Source: Lytechinus pictus
Taxonomy: Eukaryota
NCBI RefSeq assembly: GCF_037042905.1
Contig: NC_087250.1
Location: 13,580,001 to 13,644,000 of the forward strand
Reading direction: 5' to 3'
Length of the DNA: 64,000 bases
The notes beneath the pieces were generated by a model, which was not told the DNA's origin, did not search any database, and was given only the letters and a program-made list of their open reading frames with translations. Of this stretch, positions 12,052-24,000 are shown in pieces; position 1 is the first letter of the stretch, and the number at the start of each line of letters is the position of its first letter. Made by a program: the position numbers and the translations under genes.

Positions 12052-15000
12052 GTATTTGGTCGATTCAGATATATTTTCTTGTATTTTTCTAACAATCTGT
12101 CGGTGAAAATCAGACTTAAAAAAAAAAGTCGGAGCGTATTACCGTAGTTTAATACTAATCACGTGCCCATATACTGAAATTTGTGGGGTTGCTCAGCTAT
12201 CTTCGCCCCAGACGGCCGACGGCGAGCCATCTCGCGCGCAGCTCAGTTTACCTCGGGCGATGGTTCGTGCATGGAGGCGCTATAGATCTGGGGCCTGTTT
12301 CATGACAAGATGAGAGATACTTAGGAATGTCTTAGGTTAAGGACCATTCTACCGAGATAAGAAGATTGGCGACAAATCAATGCTTTCCGTTTCACGAAGG
12401 CAATTTTGTCTTCCAATCCAAGTCCGACGTCCGCGACATCGTTTGATATACCTAACCTTGTTTAAATACCGCATCTACTGGAAAAATACAGTTGATTCTG
12501 CAGTCAAGTTTAATATCGATACGGAAGTAACGGAAAAATATTTAGATCTAACTCACTTTTAGTCTTCATCGTCACATGAACCTTTTATTTCGGAATGACG
12601 ACTTTTCATAAAATCATTTATTTTATAATAAATTGAGATGTAGGATAATATGATGATGTATGTTGCTTACTTTATTTATGAGGTAAGAAGAACTAATAAG
12701 AGAAAAAACAATTTAAGATTCACAAAGAAATATGTTTCTTTGTGAATCTTAATAATTTCGACTTGATCCAGATGTCATTGACATAACTGGATCAAATCGA
12801 AATTTTCAATATTTATATCTAGAACGCGGTGCCCTTTAGTCTTTAGACTTAGAGACACCTTTCATTGATATTTCAATGAAACTGAAAGAGACCCTTGTCC
12901 GACATAAAAATTGGAGTAATTAGGGTAGACTCTAGTTAAGTAATTTCAACATTTTATCAGTTCAATATTCTGAATTTTTATAGAATACTTATATTTAGAG
13001 TCTGCAGTGCAGTGATAATTTTTTGAAAATTATGCTTTAAATGTTATTTGTTGAGGTAACTTAGGGTTTGAATGAAGTAAACAAAATCAACATGTCTGAT
13101 TGTATGAGACTAAAAAGGAAAATATGAGAGGCTGCGTGTGAAAAATCAAATTTATTTATTATATTTGTCAGATATAACGCAAGAAATACAAATGTAATTA
13201 TTTAGAGTATAAACCAGGGCGCGACAAACCCGCTTGCCCGGGGCAAGTGAAATTGACGGGCGGGCAAGCATTTTTCAAAGTCAATTGCCCAATCGGGCAA
13301 GTGCTTGTTTTTTTAAATGAAAAAGATAAATTGACGGTAAAGTTTAATAATTTTTTGATAAATTGCAATTATCGGCCAATTATCTCTCATACAATGTCAT
13401 AACAGTAAAAAAACAGTGGAAACATGTCAAATCAGCGCCAATTTACCGACATTTTATCACCAGCGGTCCTGTTCGATGGGGGCTGCCATCTTACTTTCTA
13501 AACTACACTGTGCGCATGCGCTACTAATCGACGAAGGAGCTAGCTGGGGAAATCCCTCTCTCGCCCTCTGAGCGCATGCTCTAATACATCGGCGCTACAG
13601 TACATGTCACGAGCCAGTCGACTCTCGAGCTCGATCGCACTGAATGCATGCAAGCTTCAGACTGACTCGGCCAGGACCAGGGTGACCAGACGTCCCGTAT
13701 TTTATTCATTTCTAAAACATTTTAGTTTTTTTTTATTTTAAAAATGTATTTAAAAAAAACACCAAATATCATTAGGACTTTTTTTATATGATTGGATTGT
13801 TTTATTTGCTTGAAGTTTGAACTTTTTCCTCTTTCTTTCTTTTCTATCCTTCTATCCTTCTTGCCCTTCTTTGTTACATATATATTTGTATTTCCTGATC
13901 CTTTCTCTCTCTCTCTGTTCATTTTTGTCTCACCTGCATAGCAGAGTGAGACTATAGGCGCCGCTTTTCCGACGGCGGCGGCGGCGGCGGCGTCAACACC
14001 AAATCTTAACCTGAGGTTAAGTTTTTGAAATGACAGCATAACTTAGAAAGTATATGGACCTAGTTCATGAAACTTGGCCATAAGGTTAATCAAGTATTAC
14101 TGAACATCCTGCCTGAGTTTCATGTCACATGACCAAGGTCAAAGGTCATTTAGGGTCAATGAACTTAGACCATGTTGGGGGAATCAACATCAAAATCTTA
14201 ACCTAAGGTTAAGTTTTTGAAATGTCATCATAACTTAGAAAATATATGGACCTAGTTCATGAAACTTATACATAAGGTTAATCAAGTATCACTGAACATC
14301 TTGCATGAGTTTCACATCACATGACCAAGGTCAAAGGTCATTTAGGGTCAATGAACTTTGGCCGAATTGGGGGTATCTGTTGAATTACCATCATAACTTT
14401 GAAAGTTTATGGATCTGATTCATGAAACTTGGACATAATAGTAATCAAGTATTACTGAACATCCTGTGCAAGTTTCAGGTCACATGATCAAGGTCAAAGG
14501 TCATTTAGGGTCAATGAACTTTGGCCAAATTGGGGTATTTGTTGAATTACAGCCATAAATTTGAAAGTGTGTTGGTCTAGTTCATAAAACTTGGACATAA
14601 TAGTAATCAAGTATCACTGAACATCCTGTGCGAGTTTCAGGTCACATGATCAAGGTCAAAGGTCATGTAAGGTCAAAGAACTTTGGCCACGTTGGGGGTA
14701 TTTGTTGAATTGCCATCATATCTCTATAAGTGTATTGGTCTAGTTCATAAAACGTGGAAATAAGAGTAACCAAGTATCACTGAACATCTTGTGCGAGTTA
14801 TAGTAGTTTTCAAAATCAGCACTGCTGCTATATTGAATCGCGTGATGCAGGTGAGACGGCCAGAGGCATTCCACTTGTCTTTCTTTACTTCTTTCTCTTA
14901 CTTGCCTTCTTTATTACATTTCCTTTTTTATTTCCTTCATTCCTTCTCCCTTCCACTCATTTTTATTTTCATTCTTTCTCTCCTTCCATTATTTTCTTCT

Positions 15001-18000
15001 TTTTTTTTCATTCTGGCCTCCCTTCATTCTTTCCTCCCTCTCTTTCCTCCTTTCATTATTTATTTCATTTTGTCCTTATTCTTTTCCCTTATACTTTCTT
15101 TCCCTTTCTTCCTTCATTCCTTCCCTCCTTCCTTCCTGTTTTCTTTCTTTGTTTCTTTCTTCCAAGAATGAAGGAAACATTTTATTCCTTCATTCTGTCT
15201 TTCCTCCTTTTTTCTTACTTTCTGTTTGTCTTTCTCTTCTTTATTATGACTTTCACACATTTATTCATCTTCCCTTCTTTTCTTTTTTCTTTCTTTCTAT
15301 ATTCAATTCAAAGAATGACGGAAACATTTTTATTCTCTCTCTCATCCTTCTTTTATTAGAATTTTCTTATTTATTATTTCCTTCATTTTCCCCTTCATTT
15401 TTTCTTTCTTTCTTCTCAATTCATCTCTTTTCTTTCTCTCCTTCATTCTTTCGTTCACCCTCCCTTCCAATTCTGTATATTTTTTTCACAAGTCTAACAC
15501 TGTGTAGCCTTCTTTCTTGATCTTTTTTTTTTTGTCGATTGTCCTGTATTTCATTTTGTCACCCTGGCCAGGACTCGGCTTCAACTTCAAAACCAAATAA
15601 ACAATGAGCCGTCAGACTAAAATAGGCGACTTTTGTCGTCGTGATCGGCAACCAGAACAACTTGAACAAAAGTCAAGAAAAAGAAATGCCAAGCCAAGGG
15701 CAGCGCCAGTAAATCAAGTTCAGCCAGGACGGAAAAGAACAATTAAGAGCAAAAGAATTTTTGAAAAAAATCGGGCAAGCAGTTGTTTCTATCGAGCAAG
15801 CAAATTTTTTTAAACATACCTTTGCATGAAAAGTAACCAAAGACAAGCAAATATATGTAAATTGCTGCAAACATGTCAAGCGGGTAAAGTAGCGCTTTGC
15901 AATAATAAAACCAAAAGATGTGTGAAATCAATCCGCAATGGAAAAAACAAAATACTATTTACAGAAACAATGCTAAAAATGACAATGATCATAAACGGTG
16001 ATATTTAATGTTGATAACTTTATGGAGGTTTATATAAGAACGTAAGTTTCAAAAATATAAAAAAATTAAAAAGATTTTAAAAAATCAAATTTAAGTAGGA
16101 GTCGAGACGTAGGCCTGCAGTATTGCTTTAACATAGGGCCTACCCTAGGATTTTCGTATGGACTTTTCCATAACTTTTTCTTTTATAGGTACAATGAATG
16201 AACTTATCTTCATTTGTAATGATTGTGATGGATTCTTAAGGTTTTAAAGTTACCGCATATATATTTCTTTTTTGTTTCATTCATCATCTCAAGTAAGCAC
16301 AAATCTAATAATTTTCATTGATTAAAATTAATCTCAGCAAAAAAATAATAATGATAATGAATTAAAAATAAATAAATGATTTAGCATGTTTAGTACTGTA
16401 ACATCTTAGTTTTGTATCGTGGTGGTTTTTTTTTTTTTTTTTTTGCTGAAGGTCGTAAACATGTTTTCTTCACCATACATCATTTTTTTTAGTTTGTTTT
16501 CATGTATTGTTTATCTATTGATAAAGCATGAGGGGTCACATATAACCACCTCCCACACCTCGCGCAAATCGGACTCTAAACACGTAGGGGTGGGGGGAAA
16601 AGTACATCCTTTATCAAACATTTTAGTCTTTTTTGTACCCTCTCAAATTCGACCGTGAACATGTAGCTTTCCTAGCGAAATATATACCCTTTTTGGCTTT
16701 TTCAGTATTTTAGTGTTTTGGACACCCTTATTACTTTACGTACGTAACGTGCCCAATCTTTAAAATGAGGTCCTTTTTACGCTTTTCTTTGGTCGCGAAT
16801 GGTATCCACTCTTCAATGGAAGTGGTCCCCCTGGGACCGTGGTCGTAAGTTAAACCTGACTTCAGAATACGGCCCATAAAGTTTAGGCGATTGATCATAG
16901 GGCTAGTACTTTCTATGATTGATTGCATTGAATGTTGTGACGAGTACGCGTATCACGTGACCTGAAAATCAGCTATGTATCGCTAATAATAATACATGAG
17001 ATTTGTATAGCGCACTTTCCATCTTGATTAGATGCTCAAGGCACTTCAGAGCAGAACAACAAAAACTATTTACACATGTACATGTCTGAACAATATGTTG
17101 TGGCAGTAATTGCCTAATTATATACAAATCACCTGTGAGGGAAAAAGGGTGGGAAGTGGGGTTAGCAGAAGGAAATTCTAGAGATACTCACCAGACAAAA
17201 GTTGGTGTAAGGCAGCGGTGAAATGAATGTCGAACTAAAAGCAGGCCCAAAGTAACTTGTAAGATATTACTGGTGTGATGTATTCTTGCTGTAGATGGTT
17301 CAAACTCGAAGGGCGAAGCAAAGGTTGGTTTGTGTAGATGTACTCTAAGCACAGACGTCTTAATCTCGCACCGGTCGACTCTCAAGTAATGAAGATGGCT
17401 TCCACGCAGGCATGGCCCCTTGCGAACGCACGGCCGTCCGTTCGCGATCTCCCCATTTTAGGATGCGTGCGTGCAAGCTACCCATACCCTGTGGTCTTAG
17501 GCACTCACGACCACAATGTCTTTCAAAAAGCACTCTTAAACAGGTATGTTTTCGGGTTGCCCTTGAAGGTGGTCACTGAAGTCTGGGTTTTCAAACTCTG
17601 TGGAAGAGAACTCCACAGGTTAGGCCCTGCATGAACAAAGGCCCGTTCCCCGCATGATTTCTTAGTAACTGGAATTTGTAAGAGATTAGATGATGAGGAT
17701 CGTAAATTTCTTGAGGGTTGGTAATTATGCATCAAAGACTTATTGTAACTGGGGTAAGTTCCATTGACTAATGAAAAATCAAAAGAAGGATTTTAAAGAC
17801 TATGCCTTCCTTCAGGGGCAACCAGTGAAGAGTTTTCAATATAGGGGTGATGTGGCTGCGCTTGCTAGATAGAATACAATACGCGCAGCTGCATTTTGCA
17901 ACCTTTGCAATTTCCCAAGTTGAGAATCTGGTAAGTTGTGAAGGAGGCTATTACCAAAATCAAATCGTGAAGAAATGAGTGAATGTACCAGTTTCTCTGT

Positions 18001-21000
18001 TGCTGAGCGAGTGAGATATTTTCTTATGAAGCCAATATTGCGCAGTTGATAACGAACTGATCTGCAAATGCTTGTAATCTGGTTGGACATGGACATGTAA
18101 AAATAAAAAATAACTCCAAGATTGCGACATGACTTTGACAAGGGGATATCATTGCCTGAGATAGAAATGGAATCAATGTTGAATTTGTTAAGTTGAAACT
18201 TTGAGCCAAAAACTAAAAACTCACATTTACTATGGTTCAAAAGTAACGAGTTTGACTTCAACCGAGTGTCAATGTCCATTATGCATCTTTCAAGGTTACA
18301 CAGGGCTTGTGTGGCACTAGTTTGATTGGGTGAAAACGATACAAAAATCTGAATATCATCTGCATATAAATGATAGTGAACAGAGTGACGTTTAAAAATA
18401 TCTTGAAGCCCTCTGAAATAAATGGAAAACAAAGTGGGCCCTCCAACAGAGCCCTGGGGGATGCCACTGACCAATGGCCTAGATGAAGAGGTAACACCAT
18501 TTGTGAGGACTGACTGTGAATGGAATGAGAGATAAGATTTCAGCCATTGTATGGCCTTGCCCTGAACACCTAAACTAGTCAGAGTGTTAATAAGTAAGGT
18601 GTGGTCTACGGTGTCAAATGCGGCCGACAGATCTAGGAGTATGATTGCTGTGACAGATCCACTGTCCATTTTCTGTAAGGTTAAGCTAGAAACAAAAACT
18701 AGAAATACTTGTTTAGGGTGCTTTTCGAAACCCCATGGTCACGCATGGTATCCACTCGTCTATGGAAGTGCCCCCCCCCCCCCCCCCGGACCCGGATATG
18801 AACTTACATCCATTCCTCTTTGTATTTCAGATTGTGGAGTTCCATGTTCTGTGGTAGCTGCGGTGGAAATAAACACGGTTGCAAATGCAGTCTATCAACA
18901 CAATTTTCCCGAAGTTAACTTGATGCAGAGGAATTTGGAGGTTGGTTAACCTAGTGATATTCAAACCAGTGGGTGTTGCATAAAGCTGTTCGTAAGTCAG
19001 GGGTGGATCCAGGATTTTCCAGGGGGGGGGGGCACATTTTATTTTCCCAAGGAAAATTTGACAAGCAAAAAAAAAAGGTCCTCACTTGTGTATGAACTGC
19101 ATATTCCCATCAAAAATACATGCTGTGACTTTCAAAATGGGATGGGCAAACTTGTGTTAGAACGGCATATTTACATTAAAAATCTTGATTATGGCTTTCA
19201 AAATGGGGGGGGGGGCATGGGCGGGATGTGCTCCCCCCCTGGATCCGCCACTATATAAGTTCGAGTGACTTTACAAACGACTGGTGTAACCTTCATATGT
19301 GCTAAACTCTGTTTCTCATTCATTTCATACACGTAGCACAAGAAGGTATCACCAGTCGTGCCTGAAGTCAGTCATAACTTTCGAACATCTCTATGAAACA
19401 CCCACCAGGGCCCCGTCTTACAAAGAGTTGCGATTGATCTGATCAACCTCTACTTTGGAAGGCCAGCAATGTTGTTTTTCATACAAAAAATTTGCACAAT
19501 GTCCGTTCGTAAACAACAAGGAGCACACTAGATTGACAAGACAATGATGCATGCATGAATCATTTTTAGAAAACAAAACGGACATGCATTTTAGGTGTTG
19601 TGTTGCCGGCCTTCCATAGTTGTGGTTGATTGGATCAGTTGTAAATCTTTGCAAGAGAGGGCCCTGCTGGATTTTTTTTTTCATGAATAAATTGAAAAAG
19701 TTGTATGCAATGAGTGAGTGGATGATGTCTGCCTTCCATTTCTTTAAAAAAAATTATTTTCATGGTATGTCTATGAAAGGAGATGTCAATCCTACTTTAC
19801 AAGAAAATAAGTTTAATACAGCAATAAAGATCTTACGCAATATAATAAGGAATGACATTCTGGTTTTGTGTAGATGGAGTAGAAAATGTCAATTCTATGA
19901 TATTTCTCAAATGAAACGTAAAGAAATGACATCATCAACTCGTGAATATGGATTTGTTGCACAAAAAATGTTAAACTTATATTTTTCATTATCTGATGAT
20001 ACATGTATTTTCATTCTTTACTTCAAGTTTTACTTTATTTATTTTTATTTCGATTTCAAATTGGAGTTTTCTTTTAAAGGTCAATTTCTCTTTAACATTG
20101 GGTTGTTGTGAATAGAGACCATTGAAATGTAACAATGTGAATTCAAGCAAAATCAAATATGCAAAGTTAGACATTTTCTCAATACATTAAATATTATGAG
20201 GATTCATTAAGGAAATTAGTGAACCAATGATACCATCCCTTATATGTTTCTCAGGTTTTTGAAGTGTCTACCTTTTGAAAAACGAAAAATATGCATTTAG
20301 CAAAATATTCATTAGTAATAGGGATTCTAAGATATGCATAAAAAGTAGTATGCTTTTTATAAGGTTGCATTTTTTAACTAGAAAGCAGAAAAGATAGCTG
20401 TACCACTACCAGAGATCTTGCTTGAAACTACTGTAAAATTTAAAACATTGCAGGACAGGTGTATTCTTAATATTGACTGATCGTTTTTATTCATCTTTTA
20501 TGATGGTGAGCATCTATGGAAAGATAAGACAAACACATTGTATTTATTATACCAATTTTATACAGTGCGTCCCACAAAAAAGTAATCCCATTTTCAGAGA
20601 TATTTCACAATTTTTTAATATGTTTTACTATAAATCTGACACTTATAATAATAGTGGAATCTTGTCTTCACTTTGAGACCAAATCGTTCACGCATGGTTG
20701 AATGCAAACAATAAATATTGAGGCATATCAGAAATTATGTGTGCAGAGCCTCACTTGTGAAACTGAATCTACTCTCATTTCAAAGATCAGTGAGAGAAAC
20801 TTCACAAAGAATACAAAAGGAATGCTAATGCGCCAATTGTTAAATCGGAACGGTCGCCATATCTTGAACCATGCTTGTCCAATTATTCTGCGCAACCTGA
20901 TTTTGAAATTAACATTTCAAACTCGTCTTGCTCATTAATGCATGAATTGTAAGTTTCATATTAGGTACCAAAATACAGTACCGTATATAGAGGAATGATT

Positions 21001-24000
21001 GAATGTTATGATGATATACATGTACTTGCAAAATAAAATATCATAATTCATTTGCCTTTGAAGAAGAAATGCTTGGTAATCCCAGTTTCCTTTTTCTGGA
21101 ATGGACTATAGAGGGGGTATTCTCCTTTATGCTATTTAATTTTTCTGTCTCATTGAAACACAGGGATTCAGTGCAGATGACTTCTCTTCTTTTGATGCAG
21201 ATATGTTTGTGATGAGCCCTCCGTGTCAACCATTCACTAGGTATTTGACGTTTACCCTTATATTAAGTTTGTTTTAATTAACCCCTAACTACATGTTAGC
21301 CTGGGGAAGGGGGGGGGGGCAGTATTTTCAAAATGTGAAAAAGTCCTGCCGTGATGTGCTCATGAAAGTTGGCACCAACACTGGTCTTCAGGTAAAAACA
21401 TGCAATCCCCTTTTCCACATTTGTTTGAAATTGTGTTGCCTTGGTAACAGCAAGTTCTTGCCAAAACCCCAGGAAGAAAACTAAAATATCCCTTTTTGTC
21501 TCACCTGCATAGCAGAGTGAGACTATAGGCGCCGCTTTTCCGACGGCGACGGCGGCGTCAACACCAAATCTTAACCTGAGGTTAAGTTTTTGAAATGACA
21601 GCATAACTTAGAAAGTATATGGACCTAGTTCATGAAACTTGGCCATAAGGTTAATCAAGTATTACTGAACATCCTGCCTGAGTTTCATGTCACATGACCA
21701 AGGTCAAAGGTCATTTAGGGTCAATGAACTTAGACCATGTTGGGGGAATCAACATCAAAATCTTAACCTAAGGTTAAGTTTTTGTCTCACCTGCATAGCA
21801 GAGTGAGACTATAGGCGCCGCTTTTCCGGCGGCGGCGGCGGCGGCGGCGGCGTCAACACCAAATCTTAACCTGAGGTTAAGTTTTTGAAATGACAGCATA
21901 ACTTAGAAAGTATATGGACCTAGTTCATGAAACTTGGCCATAAGGTTAATCAAGTATTACTGAACATCCTGCCTGAGTTTCATGTCACATGACCAAGGTC
22001 AAAGGTCATTTAGGGTCAATGAACTTAGACCATGTTGGGGGAATCAACATCAAAATCTTAACCTAAGGTTAAGTTTTTGAAATGTCATCATAACTTAGAA
22101 AATATATGGACCTAGTTCATGAAACTTATACATAAGGTTAATCAAGTATCACTGAACATCCTGCATGAGTTTCACATCACATGACCAAGGTCAAAGGTCA
22201 TTTAGGGTCAATGAACTTTGGCCGAATTGGGGGTATCTGTTGAATTACCATCATAACTTTGAAAGTTTATGGATCTGATTCATGAAACTTGGACATAATA
22301 GTAATCAAGTATTACTGAACATCCTGTGCAAGTTTCAGGTCACATGATCAAGGTCAAAGGTCATTTAGGGTCAATGAACTTTGGCCAAATTGGGGTATTT
22401 GTTGAATTACAGCCATAAATTTGAAAGTGTGTTAGTCTAGTTCATAAAACTTGGACATAATAGTAATCAAGTATCACTGAACATCCTGTGCGAGTTTCAG
22501 GTCACATGATCAAGGTCAAAGGTCATGTAAGGTCAAAGAACTTTGGCCACGTTGGGGGTATTTGTTGAATTGCCATCATATCTCTATAAGTGTATTGGTC
22601 TAGTTCATAAAACGTGGAAATAAGAGTAACCAAGTATCACTGAACATCTTGTGCGAGTTATAGTAGTTTTCAAAATCAGCACTGCTGCTATATTGAATCG
22701 TGTGATGCAGGTGAGACGGCCAGAGGCATTCCACTTGTTGAAATGTCATCATAACTTAGAAAATATATGGACCTAGTTCATGAAACTTATACATAAGGGC
22801 ATTTTCACCACAGATGGACACAGAGGCAATAAAATCAAGTTGATATTCATGTCAAATGCTTTATGTTTTTTAATAAAACAAGACCTGAAGTTTCTGAGAC
22901 AAAAATTTTTGCCGACTCTGGCAGCCATTTTTTATTTCAAAATGGCTGCCAAAGTATGGATACAAATTAGTGTTGAAAATAGTATATTGATACATATTTT
23001 GTTTTGACAGATTTTTAAAGAACAGGTTTGATCATGATGTTTTCGCCTGTGATTTAGCTTGCTATTATAACACTTTTTAAAATCCCACAGAAAGAAACAC
23101 CAGTAATTCATTCATCTGATAAAAAAACATTGATGAAGTATGTGATATGGTATGTAATGTCAGTTACCAAAAACATGAACTTTTTTTTCTCATTTCCTGG
23201 AAAAGAGGATCTATTATATGAAACTTGGTAGATTTCCTCTCTAGGTAACACCCCTCCCTTCTACACCAAAATTAAAGATTACCAATTAACAAAGAAGCCA
23301 TAGGGTACCATTAAATATATGTAATGTCAGTTACCAAGTGGAAAATGTAATGTCAGTTACCGAAATGTAATGTCAGTTACCATGATAAAACGTTGGTTAC
23401 CAATATTGAAATGCAAATATGTGGTCAATTTTATGGTGAAGAAATATTGTATACTTGTTATTTATGTCTTTCACTTTAAAAGTCACACCAGAAGGAGCTT
23501 GCTATTGACTTTTAAAAGGTATAGTTCACAAGGTATACTATATGAAATTATGAAGGAAGTTGCATTCCCATCGTGCAAAAAAAATTACAATGAAATTGTT
23601 TTGTACTTGCACTTGCCAAGTACCTAATTGTTTGTATCAGACAATTTTTTGTTTGGTTTTCGGGGGGGGGGGGGGGTGTAGGGGGTACTTTTCCCAACCT
23701 ATTGCCTAAATCTGCAACATTTTTAAGCTTAACATTGTGATGAAGGGGATTTCCAGGGTCCCTTTTTTAGTTTCTAGGATTCTTTTGAGCATTGCCACGC
23801 TAAAAGTAAATTCCTGGTTTTTATCCCTGTTAGTAGTGTGGATGTGTGATACAATTCTGTTTTGGGTTTACAAGTATAGATGAAAAGTGAAATTTGACAG
23901 TTCTGATCAATGTTGCATGGATCTACTAAAACTGTGGGTTTTTTTCTTCTAATTTACAAATAGTTCAGTTTCAGTTTAGAAGCTGGAGTTTATTTTTTGT

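Larger units (their letters stand above)
13215..15899. mobile_element. hAT-like non-autonomous element (outer layer of a triple nest)
   Basis: Imperfect TIRs cagggcgcgacaaacccgcttg / caagcgggtaaagtagcgctttg; subterminal cgggcaag repeats at both ends; no clear TSD. Confidence 0.55.

Noticed and set aside
14791..15520. Hydrophobic F/L/S-rich ORFs (also 3671-4096, 10704-10976, 11580-11843 and 53353-53610)
   Set aside because: These are translations of CT- or AG-rich low-complexity DNA with no domain features or splice support
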